56,620 bases of DNA from Acidimicrobiia bacterium (GTDB taxonomy: Bacteria > Actinomycetota > Acidimicrobiia > Acidimicrobiales > SZUA-35), in NCBI GenBank assembly GCA_003231975.1, contig QIKW01000079.1, forward strand, positions 1 to 56,620, in the 5' to 3' direction. Below are positions 49,318 through 56,620 of this stretch, piece after piece; the first letter of the stretch is position 1, and each line of letters starts with the position of its first letter. Position numbers and translations under genes: made by a program. A model generated the notes under the pieces. That model was not told where the DNA came from. It worked only from the letters and a program-made list of their open reading frames with translations, and made no database searches.

Positions 49318-49430
49318 TTGTGGTCATCCGATCTGCCGGAAACGTCGTTTCCCGCCCGAAAGTAGGGCACACTAGTCGCCGTTGCCCACGAGTCGTGGGG
49401 ACAACCGTTCCCGAAAGAGGAGAAAAGCTC

Positions 49431-49727
49431 ATGGGTATTTTGGACAAGATCAAGGCGCTGTTCGGTGGTGCCTCCGGTGCCGCGTCAGGAATGGCAGACA
49501 AAGCTGGCGTCGGCGGCATGGTCGACAAGGTTGGCGACGTTGCAGGCAGTGCCCGTGAAACCGTTGGCGGCGTTGTTGAAGGCGCGGTCGACAAGGTTGC
49601 CGACGTCGCAGATTCTGCCACTGGTGGCAAGTTCAGCGACCAGATCGACAAGGTCCGCGATGTTGCAGACAAGATCGACGGTGAGGACGACGGCGGAACC
49701 GGCGGTTCCGGAGCCAGCCAGGCCTGA
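49431..49727 (+). CDS. Small MT0933/Rv0909-like antitoxin-family protein
   Basis: RBS GAGGAG; MGILDKIK start; VDKVAD..D..TGGKFSDQID motif. Confidence 0.7.
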   Translation: MGILDKIKALFGGASGAASGMADKAGVGGMVDKVGDVAGSARETVGGVVEGAVDKVADVADSATGGKFSDQIDKVRDVADKIDGEDDGGTGGSGASQA

Positions 49728-49766
49728 TCGGCCAAAGGCCAATCCCACAATTCAGACTCTGTGGCC

Positions 49767-49791
49767 AAGCCGCCGGTAGGCCCGGCGGCTT
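49767..49791. terminator. Probable bidirectional terminator hairpin
   Basis: AAGCCGCCGG-TAGGC-CCGGCGGCTT perfect 10-bp stem between convergent genes. Confidence 0.65.
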
Positions 49792-49828
49792 CTGGCGTTG
49801 GGTTGCCGGGCGTTGCGCTGAAGAGCGC

Positions 49829-50413
49829 TCAGTTGGGGGCGTCTGAGGCCAGGGCCCTCAACAGGGCCAGTTGCTCCGCAGTTGGCGGCGGGGCCAGTTC
49901 GCCGCGGTAGTCGGCATCGCCAACCAACAATGCGGCGAAGGCCTCAGCGAAGTCACCTGCGCCACTGGAAAAGTCGGCGGCCCCACTCTTTGGCCACCAT
50001 TGCGCCCCGGCCGCGTTCCGAGCCTCCAACCAGCGGGTTCGCTCTTCACTGGTGTTCATAGTCAGGTCAACTGCGTGCCCGAGCTCGTGGGCCAGAATGC
50101 GGGCTAGTTCGTTTGGGGTTGCCCCGGGCCGCACGAAGACTTCAATGCGTTTCTCGAAACTCCACGTGTAGCCCGCAACCGATCCCTCGCCTGAGACGAA
50201 TTCCAGGGTCCAGCCAGGTAGCCCGTCCTGCCAGGCGAACGTGATCTGGTCGAGGGCGGCGGTGCCCAACCCCTCGATCCGGGGCGTCTGGAAAACAGCA
50301 ACCGCCGGTGCCGGGGCCGGGGCTGCCAGTGGCAACCAGATTGCGTACGCGCCGACGGCGGTTGCCCCGGCGCAGAGCAGAGCCTGCGCAGTCCTCAAGG
50401 CGGCGTAGATCAT
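49829..50413 (-). CDS. Exported zincin-like metallopeptidase-domain protein
   Basis: N-terminal hydrophobic segment; AHELGHAVD (HExxH); downstream DFAEAF. Confidence 0.65.
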   Translation of the reverse strand: MIYAALRTAQALLCAGATAVGAYAIWLPLAAPAPAPAVAVFQTPRIEGLGTAALDQITFAWQDGLPGWTLEFVSGEGSVAGYTWSFEKRIEVFVRPGATPNELARILAHELGHAVDLTMNTSEERTRWLEARNAAGAQWWPKSGAADFSSGAGDFAEAFAALLVGDADYRGELAPPPTAEQLALLRALASDAPN

Positions 50414-50431
50414 TGCAAAGGCAAATCGACG

Positions 50432-51199
50432 TTACTTCGGCCCCTCTTGAGCAACGCTCAGGTGCTTTGTGAGAGAGCCAAGGCTCTCCCGGGTGTTGAG
50501 CCCGCTGGTATTCGGCATCAAATAGACGGGGCGGCCACCAAATGTTTCCGCCTGCCATCCGGCGGTCGCCTGTCTGTCAACCGCAATCCGCCAACCTCCA
50601 AGGCCAACCATGACCAGAACCTGAGGACTCAACCAGTTCACAAGGCGCTCAACTCGGGCGGCTCCGGTTCGGAACTCGGCGGGCTTCACCTCGTCTGCCT
50701 TTGTGCTTGGTCGCTTGGCCAAATCTGTGAATCCAACACCGTGCTCGGCCAAGGCGTGATCAATTGCCCGGTCTTCAGAAACGATGCCAGCGCGGAGCGC
50801 GGCGGGCCAGAAACGGTTGCCGGGCCTGGCAAAGCTAACCCCTGCCTCGGCCGAATAGTGACTTGGATTCAGACCACAAATCAGCAACTTCATATTCGGA
50901 CGGACGGTGTCTGGAAGGGTGGGAAGGCGCACTGCTGACGGCGCGGCGGACCTGAAGCCTGCACCCTCGAAGAGGTCATCTTGAGTTACCGGAAGGGTGC
51001 CTGAGATGCTCAGCTGAACCGACGCCCCAACAGGCAGCGAGCGGTGCACCCTTGCCAACCACATTGGAATCTCCCCGGCCTCAACCGCGGACTCTCGCCG
51101 CAGACCGACTTCGCTGCTGGATGCCTTTACCAAATGCCCGCCTGAGACCATCGGCCAGACCATATCGGTCACACCGGCTGACCAGTTCTGGGCTCGCAA
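50432..51199 (-). CDS. mug: Mismatch-specific uracil/thymine DNA glycosylase with N-terminal extension
   Basis: LPD......LLICGLNP; FARPGNRFW; GFTDL.KR; MPNTSGLN. Start uncertain. Confidence 0.82.
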   Translation of the reverse strand: MRAQNWSAGVTDMVWPMVSGGHLVKASSSEVGLRRESAVEAGEIPMWLARVHRSLPVGASVQLSISGTLPVTQDDLFEGAGFRSAAPSAVRLPTLPDTVRPNMKLLICGLNPSHYSAEAGVSFARPGNRFWPAALRAGIVSEDRAIDHALAEHGVGFTDLAKRPSTKADEVKPAEFRTGAARVERLVNWLSPQVLVMVGLGGWRIAVDRQATAGWQAETFGGRPVYLMPNTSGLNTRESLGSLTKHLSVAQEGPK

Positions 51200-51283
51200 T
51201 ATGGTTACGATGTTGTAGTGCGTCCCCGGCCGGTGGGTACCGGTCGGGTCAAGATTTTGAAAGTCGTCGGGAGGCGAGCGGGG

Positions 51284-51457
51284 ATGACAGAAGTTCAGGA
51301 GCGAGAATCCATAGAAGAAGCGCTGGAAATGATCGACGCCGGACTGGGTGGCCTAACAGACAGGCGGCTGGTGTCCAGCGATGAGATCACCGATCTTCTT
51401 CTAGATGTGCGGGCCCTACTTGCCGTGCCAACCAATGAGGTGGTTGGCCAGGGCTAG
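51284..51457 (+). CDS. Small hypothetical protein
   Basis: GGGAGG RBS; amphipathic 57-aa product (ID.GL..L..R.LVS..E..DLLLD.R). Confidence 0.55.
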   Translation: MTEVQERESIEEALEMIDAGLGGLTDRRLVSSDEITDLLLDVRALLAVPTNEVVGQG

Positions 51458-51476
51458 CTGCCCAAATTACTGGCTT

Positions 51477-51510
51477 CCGCGGTGTTCATTACCGCGGTGT
51501 TCATTACCGC
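51477..51510. repeat. 15-bp tandem duplication at the PAP2 stop codon
   Basis: CCGCGGTGTTCATTA x2 plus CCGC. Confidence 0.8.
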
Positions 51511-52034
51511 AGTGGCCTGATCGCCTTGACCGCGAGCCCAAAGGCGGCCCCCAGAACAGCGCCCGCCGCTACGTCGGATGCGTGGTGCATCCTTGTGTGT
51601 ATCCGGCTGGTTGCCACTATCGCAGCGGCTCCGAACCAAAGCGGCTTCAAGGCTGGCACGGCGTTGCTCAGAAGCACGGCTGCCATCGTTCCCGAGCTGG
51701 CATGGCCGCTGGGAAAGCTGGCGGTGCGAGGCCGCCTGAGGTGCGGGGCGCCTTCGATCAGGTCAGGCCGCTTCCTGTCGAAGATCGGCTTGATCATCAC
51801 GTTCACCAGCACCGATTCAACCCCAAGGGCCACCGTCATTCGCAGGGCGTGGGGCCTCAGCGTCGGGGAAATTGCGGCGCCCACAAGCGACAGTGCGTGC
51901 CAGCAAAATGACATCTCAGCAGCCTTGCTTGCATTGTAGAACATCGCGTCGGCCACGGGGTGGCCCCGCAGCTTGGCGAACGTTCGGTCCAGCTGATGGT
52001 CGAACTTGTCAGTGTTTGGAATCTGCACCGGCAT
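51504..52034 (-). CDS. PAP2-family phosphatase
   Basis: K....RKRP; SFPSGH; SRI....HHASDV. Confidence 0.92.
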   Translation of the reverse strand: MPVQIPNTDKFDHQLDRTFAKLRGHPVADAMFYNASKAAEMSFCWHALSLVGAAISPTLRPHALRMTVALGVESVLVNVMIKPIFDRKRPDLIEGAPHLRRPRTASFPSGHASSGTMAAVLLSNAVPALKPLWFGAAAIVATSRIHTRMHHASDVAAGAVLGAAFGLAVKAIRPLR

Positions 52035-52058
52035 TCAGATGAGCCTACGGTCAACCCG
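52035..52058. promoter_or_regulatory. Putative bidirectional leaderless promoter with overlapping -10 hexamers
   Basis: TAGGCT on minus (52042-52047) and TACGGT on plus (52046-52051), each 7 nt from an ATG. Confidence 0.55.
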
Positions 52059-52859
52059 ATGAACAACGAGGAGTCAACCATTCGCTACGAGGTGCGCGGC
52101 ACCACCGCCGTTGTCACCATTGATCGACCCGAGGTGCGCAACGCCGTTGACGGGCCAACGGCCACTGCTCTGGCCGATTCATTTAGGCGGTTCGAAGCAG
52201 ACCCCTCATTGGTGGCGGCCGTCCTTACCGGCGCTCCGGGGCCAGATGGCCTGGGTGGTTTCTGCGCGGGGGCAGACCTCAAAGCGATTTCCGGCGGCTC
52301 CGGCAACCGGGCCACTCCCGAAGGAGATGGCCCGCTGGGGCCAACCCGGTTGGCGCTGTCCAAACCGGTGATAGCTGCTGTTGAGGGCCATGCAGTTGCA
52401 GGAGGCCTGGAACTGGCGCTTTGGTGTGACCTCAGAGTTGTGGCCTCGAACGCGGTGTTCGGGGTGTTCTGCCGGCGCTGGGGCGTGCCGCTGATAGACG
52501 GAGGCACCGTTCGTTTGCCCCGTCTGATCGGGCAGTCACACGCGCTGGACATGATCCTCACCGGTAGGCCGGTTGACGGTGCCGAGGCCTACGGAATGGG
52601 CCTGGCCAATCGGTTGGTCGAACCTGGCACCGCGCTGGAAGCTGCTGTTGCGCTTGCCGATTCCCTGGCCCAGTTCCCCCAAGGCTGTCTCCGATCCGAC
52701 AGGCAGTCCTGCATCGAGCAGTGGGAGCTTGGCCCCGGTGAGGCAATGGCCAACGAGTTTACCCTGGGTTTCGAAGCTCTTCGCTCTGGCGAAAGCCGAG
52801 AGGGCGCCAGCCAATTCGCCGGAGGCGCAGGCAGAGGCGGATCTTTCGCAGACGAATAG
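52059..52859 (+). CDS. Enoyl-CoA hydratase/crotonase family
   Basis: RNAVD; FCAGADL; KPVIAAVEG.AVAGGLELAL.CD; RRWGVPLIDGG. Confidence 0.92.
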   Translation: MNNEESTIRYEVRGTTAVVTIDRPEVRNAVDGPTATALADSFRRFEADPSLVAAVLTGAPGPDGLGGFCAGADLKAISGGSGNRATPEGDGPLGPTRLALSKPVIAAVEGHAVAGGLELALWCDLRVVASNAVFGVFCRRWGVPLIDGGTVRLPRLIGQSHALDMILTGRPVDGAEAYGMGLANRLVEPGTALEAAVALADSLAQFPQGCLRSDRQSCIEQWELGPGEAMANEFTLGFEALRSGESREGASQFAGGAGRGGSFADE

Positions 52860-52862
52860 AGG

Positions 52863-53243
52863 TCAGATGGCCTGGCGTCGTTGGCGGAATGCCAGCACCG
52901 CGGTAAGCCTGACTTTGCGATTGAGGCCAACCTGTTCGTAGGGGATCTCGCCTGCTGCTAATAGTTCGGCGAAATCCTGGGGCGAGATGTCCAGCAGGTC
53001 GGCCGCTTCGCCGGTTGTAAGAACCTCTCGAACCGGAGCAACCGTGATGGCCTGGCCATCAGCCATGGCTGAAACAACGTTTCGCAGTACTTCAAACACC
53101 TCGGGCGGCAACGCAACCGTCTCTCCCGACTCGGCGCCAAGCGTTGTTGGCGACCCGTCTCGAACCCCCTCAACCAGGGCCACCAACTCGTCGAAGGGAA
53201 CGCTTGGGGGAAAGACGGTGCGATCAAGGGACCACTTGGCCAC
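52863..53243 (-). CDS. Excisionase-like (HTH_17) DNA-binding protein, orphan/degenerate
   Basis: LP.E.F..L..V..AMA.G.A.T..P....LTT.EAADLL; GEIP....G..R.V. Confidence 0.75.
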   Translation of the reverse strand: MAKWSLDRTVFPPSVPFDELVALVEGVRDGSPTTLGAESGETVALPPEVFEVLRNVVSAMADGQAITVAPVREVLTTGEAADLLDISPQDFAELLAAGEIPYEQVGLNRKVRLTAVLAFRQRRQAI

Positions 53244-53278
53244 AATTCAGCTCCGCGGTCGGCCCGCCAGAGCCGGGA

Positions 53279-54172
53279 TCAGCTCCACTGGGCCATCAGC
53301 TTGGCGAACTCGTCTGCCGGGCCGTTTGGAACCACGTAGCCCTCTTCAGCGTTGATGGCTTCCCAGTCTTCGGCAACGGTTTCCACCGTGATGTCGGCGC
53401 CGCGGTGAGTGCCAGGGGTTAGCCCGATGAAGTAGCGGGCAATGGTGCCGCCCGCCGCGCTGTAGACACAGCCGCTGGTTTCGTTGCTCTGGTGGGCCAG
53501 GTAAACCACAACCGGAGTTACCAATTTGGGATCAAGTTGATCAGACATTCCACCAAGCAGGTCTTCGGTCATCCGGGTGGCGGCAACCGGAGCGATTGCA
53601 TTTACCAGAATGTTGTACTTCGCCCCTTCCGCGGCCAGAACCCGGGTGAGGCCAACGAGGCCCATTTTGGCTGCCCCATAGTTGGCCTGGCCGAAGTTGC
53701 CGGTGAGGCCGGAGTTGGACGATGTGTTGATCACCCGGCCATAACCCTGCTCTCGCATGTGAACCCACGCAGGCTGAGTGACGTAGAAGGCGCCCCTGAG
53801 GTGCACGTCAAGTACCGAGGTGATCTCGGCAGCCGACATCTTGTGAAAGGTCTTGTCCCGCAGGATCCCCGCGTTGTTGACAACAACGTCGACCTGACCG
53901 AAAGCGTCGATGGCCGCCTGAACAATTGCCTTGCCGCCCTCCTCGGTGGCCACGCTGTCTGCATTGGCAACAGCCTCTGAGCCCAGGGCTTCAATTTCGG
54001 CGACAACAGCCTCGGCCGCCGTTTTCGAGCTGCCGCTGCCATCGACTGACCCACCAAGGTCGTTGACAACCACGCGGGCGCCCCGCTTGGCGAACTCCAG
54101 CGCATGCTCTCGACCCAGCCCTCCACCGGCTCCGGTGATGATCACAACCTTGCCGTCGAATCCCAGTTCCAT
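53279..54172 (-). CDS. SDR oxidoreductase (3-hydroxyacyl-CoA dehydrogenase/MFE-2-like)
   Basis: TGAGGGLG; VVVNDLG; NNAGILRD; GNFGQANY.AAK; NAIAP.A.TRMT. Confidence 0.92.
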   Translation of the reverse strand: MELGFDGKVVIITGAGGGLGREHALEFAKRGARVVVNDLGGSVDGSGSSKTAAEAVVAEIEALGSEAVANADSVATEEGGKAIVQAAIDAFGQVDVVVNNAGILRDKTFHKMSAAEITSVLDVHLRGAFYVTQPAWVHMREQGYGRVINTSSNSGLTGNFGQANYGAAKMGLVGLTRVLAAEGAKYNILVNAIAPVAATRMTEDLLGGMSDQLDPKLVTPVVVYLAHQSNETSGCVYSAAGGTIARYFIGLTPGTHRGADITVETVAEDWEAINAEEGYVVPNGPADEFAKLMAQWS

Positions 54173-54277
54173 TTTCTGATTTCCTGCCTGTTCAGTGATT
54201 TGGGTCGTATGTGTATCGGACGGCGCAGAGCATACGGGAGCCAACGGGCGCCGCCAAAGCCGACGGACCGTTCAGCT

Positions 54278-55219
54278 TCAGTTTTGGTTGAACAGCTCCT
54301 GGTCTTCGGGAGACTGCCACTGGGGTTGGTCGCTTCGATCGCTGCGGGTATCGGCGTGCTCTGCTCCTGAAGCGCCTGCCGCTTCTTGGCCCCTGCTCCA
54401 GCTCATCGGGCTGGCCTTCCACGAATCTTGGCTCCATTTAACCCCAATGTCTGCAATAGGCCCGGGCTCGCCAGGCTGTGGCTTCTCCATGGCAACCGCA
54501 AGCTCAAGGGCGTCTTGCACAATCTTTCGTTGCAGCACGGGATCGTTTGGCGGCCCGGCAGTGTGACCAAGCGGAAGATCCACAAATGCAGACCTTGGGG
54601 GGTTCGCCCTTTTTGTGATTGACATGGCGGAAGTAAGCCCAATCGTTGGGAATCCCGCCTCTTCGAGGCTGCGAGCGATCAGACCGATCGACTGGTGGCA
54701 AACCGGTCAAACCGGCACCAGCAACACAAGGTCGGGCTCTTCAGCCTTGCAGTGCTCCAGCAGGGCAGGCACTGTGTCTTCGCCAAGTCGGCGGGTGCTG
54801 TAAATGCCTCCCATGAACGCCGCGGCGGTCGGCGTGACAGCACCGATTGTGCCGTCGGCGGCCAGCTCGTTCAATCGATCAAGGGGGAACACGCAGTTCG
54901 GGTCGACCCGGGCGTCGGTCTGGTCATACGCGAAATGGGCGGTTCGCAGCTGGCTGGTTGGTGAGTTCGACGCGATGGAGCGAATTGAGGTGTCGTCTTT
55001 GGTGTGGAAGGCCTGCTGGCCCGCGAGGTAAACACCGCCGGAACCAATGAGGGTTACCTTGCATTCGTTCAGCGGCTTAGAGATTGGAGCCCAGGGCGGA
55101 GTCTCGTGCCTTTCGGCCCACCTGTACGCGTCGTAACCAAGGCCGCTGTAGAGCCGCCGGGTTTCATCTATGTAGTCGGCTGGCGGAAGGGCGCAAGCGC
55201 CAACCGCGGCGTCGCTCAT
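54278..55219 (-). CDS. PrdB/GrdB-family selenoprotein (Sec at in-frame TGA 54707-54709), 313 aa
   Basis: The two track ORFs are in the same frame; read-through gives LLVPV-U-PVCHQSIGLIARSLEEAGFPT (UxxCH). Both sides resemble D-proline reductase PrdB (D.NC.FP.DRL.ELA..G.I; FMG; P.G..AG.PN). A SECIS-like hairpin follows the TGA. Confidence 0.88.
54674..54693 (-). promoter_or_regulatory. Bacterial SECIS-like hairpin
   Basis: mRNA AG-U(bulge)-CGAUC-[GGUCU]-GAUCG-CU; loop at nt 22-26 downstream of the UGA. Confidence 0.72.
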
Positions 55220-55653
55220 TCAGACTCCAAACGTTGCTGCATTCGTTCTGCCTCTTTGTCTATCCCCGATTCCAGCACCTTGCCAAGTGCGCTGGCCAAT
55301 GGGCCGGTCAAGAATGTTGTGCCCTCGGCGTTAATGGCAAACAGCGCCTCAGTCGCTGCTTCGCCCCGTGGGTCAAGGCTGAGGGTCACCGTTACCTTGA
55401 TTCCCTTGGCTTGGGCCCGCACCGCCATGGACTGGCGGCCCGCTCGCCCAGTGGGGCTGACCGTTGCCTCGTCGTTAACCGTTCCAAGCGGGGTCTTGAG
55501 GCTGAACATGAATGCAGTGAGGTCGCCGGAAACGTCGTGGACCGGGTCTCGAAGTTTGTGAAGCCCGCCAATGCCTTCCCAGGTGCGCACCTTCTGGAGG
55601 CGCTCCCACACCTCATCCACCGGGCGGTTGATCCTCAAGGTTCTCTCTGCCAT
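55216..55653 (-). CDS. SRPBCC/CoxG-like ligand-binding protein
   Basis: I..PVDEVWE.L N-terminus, beta-rich core, C-terminal helix; ATGA overlap with the selenoprotein start. Confidence 0.6.
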   Translation of the reverse strand: MAERTLRINRPVDEVWERLQKVRTWEGIGGLHKLRDPVHDVSGDLTAFMFSLKTPLGTVNDEATVSPTGRAGRQSMAVRAQAKGIKVTVTLSLDPRGEAATEALFAINAEGTTFLTGPLASALGKVLESGIDKEAERMQQRLESE

Positions 55654-55667
55654 AGAGCAACTATTAC

Positions 55668-55928
55668 ATTGGTTCGGCTATCGCCTCACCGGCTTCGCCG
55701 GATCTGGGTCTTTTGCTCGCGGCGTGCCGACGCCGTCGGCAGCGCGTGGCTGTTGTATTGGTTCGGCTATCGCCTCACCGGCTTCGCCGGATCTAGCTCA
55801 GTCGCTCAAAGCTGGTCGCCGATGGCGACCACGCGTGGCTGTTGTGTTGGGACCTGCTTTGCAGGTCCGCCTTCGGCCAATCCAGCTCAGCCGCTTAAAG
55901 CTGGTCGCCGATGGCGACCAGCCGTGGC
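55668..55928 (-). repeat. Modular palindromic extragenic repeat, locus 3 (three units, 89-nt period, inverted relative to loci 1 and 2)
   Basis: Units start at 55668, 55757 and 55846; the reverse complement matches the modules at 1-92 and 7739-7998. Confidence 0.9.
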
Positions 55929-55945
55929 AGGCTGGGGCCGAGCCG

Positions 55946-55992
55946 TTCTGGAGGCCTGTACCCCTAGAAAAGCACAGTACAGGCCTCCAGAA
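55946..55992. terminator. Perfect 16-bp inverted repeat downstream of the ureohydrolase gene
   Basis: TTCTGGAGGCCTGTAC / GTACAGGCCTCCAGAA with 15-nt loop. Confidence 0.55.
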
Positions 55993-56071
55993 TCTCCCAA
56001 AACCGGAACTGGCGTCAAGCTGTTTCGCGAACAACCGCCGGATCCAAGCCTGGGTTTGGTGCAAGCGAAAT

Positions 56072-56620
56072 CTAGGACCTAGAGCGCACGCCTGGGAGGA
56101 CGCAGAGCATCTCGTACAGCAGGTTGGCTGCCACCAGTGAGGTGTTGCCGGTTGGGTCATAAGCTGGCGCAACCTCAACCAGGTCGGCGCCAACGATGTT
56201 GAGGCCAGCGCAGCCCCGGATGATTTCGATGCCCTGAATCACTGTGAGGCCACCAATCTCAGGTGTTCCGGTGCCTCCGGCAAAAGCTGGATCCAAGCCG
56301 TCAATGTCGAAGCTCAGATAGACCGGGCCGTCGCCTAGCTGTTCCCGTACCTCCGCCATCAGGGGCGTCAGAGACTTGTGCCAGCACTCCTCGGCCTGGA
56401 CCACGCGGAAGCCCTGATCCCGGGACCAGTCGAAATCGTCAGCGGCATAGCCAGTTGCCCGCACCCCTATTTGCACCACCCTGTTTGGGTCAAGCAGGTT
56501 TTCCTCAACCGCCCTTCGGAACGGAGTGCCATGGGTGATTGCCTCGCCAAACATGGAGTCGTTGATGTCGGTGTGGGCATCAACATGAACCAGGCCAACC
56601 GGGCCGTGCTTTTTCTGCAT
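56072..56620 (-). CDS. speB: Agmatinase/guanidinobutyrase-type ureohydrolase (5' part lies beyond the window)
   Basis: HVDAHTD; HGTPFRRA; SFDIDGLDP..A.GTGTPE.GG; DLVEVAP.YD. Confidence 0.8.
   Translation of the reverse strand: MQKKHGPVGLVHVDAHTDINDSMFGEAITHGTPFRRAVEENLLDPNRVVQIGVRATGYAADDFDWSRDQGFRVVQAEECWHKSLTPLMAEVREQLGDGPVYLSFDIDGLDPAFAGGTGTPEIGGLTVIQGIEIIRGCAGLNIVGADLVEVAPAYDPTGNTSLVAANLLYEMLCVLPGVRSRS

Noticed and set aside
52863-53243. Prophage or integrative element suggested by the excisionase-like gene
   Set aside because: No integrase, att-like repeats, tRNA or phage genes nearby.
54278-55219. Two separate genes or a nonsense pseudogene
   Set aside because: The TGA sits exactly at the UxxC catalytic position and is followed by a SECIS-like hairpin, so recoding is the better explanation. 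It remains conditional on sel genes outside the window.
55668-55928. CRISPR array interpretation of the periodic repeats (also 7597-7998)
   Set aside because: The intervening segments are related palindromic modules rather than unique spacers, the repeats vary in sequence, and no cas genes are in the window.
1-56620. tRNA (including tRNA-Sec), rRNA, riboswitches and transposases
   Set aside because: None recognised by eye in the intergenic regions; a covariance-model scan would be needed to exclude them formally.

Overview
A GC-rich chromosomal segment from an actinobacterium, most likely class Acidimicrobiia. This is inferred from mca, an F420-type LLM oxidoreductase, septum-formation-family lipoproteins, Gram-positive-type LexA boxes and many apparently leaderless genes. 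It holds about 57 protein-coding genes. These include an SOS mutasome split into imuA-imuB and a separate dnaE2, each with its own LexA box; a paralogous Cys-paired lipoprotein family; typA; and two surface-polysaccharide clusters (two priming transferases, fcl, fnlABC, GT4s, Wzy/Wzz-like proteins, a sulfotransferase, galE). Also present are a SET-domain protein, an MgtE-like/PhoU-TrkA_C pair, a HerA-like ATPase and assorted metabolic genes. Two signals are not explained by the ORF track. (1) The minus-strand ORFs 54707-55219 and 54278-54625 read as one 313-aa PrdB/GrdB-like selenoprotein, with an in-frame TGA in a U-P-V-C motif followed by a bacterial SECIS-like hairpin; no reductase partner subunits are in the window. 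(2) A modular, structure-conserved extragenic repeat family of roughly 86-89-nt three-hairpin units occurs at three loci (1-92, 7597-7998, 55668-55928). I recognised no rRNA, tRNA, CRISPR array or transposase. All product calls come from motif recognition by eye, not from database searches.
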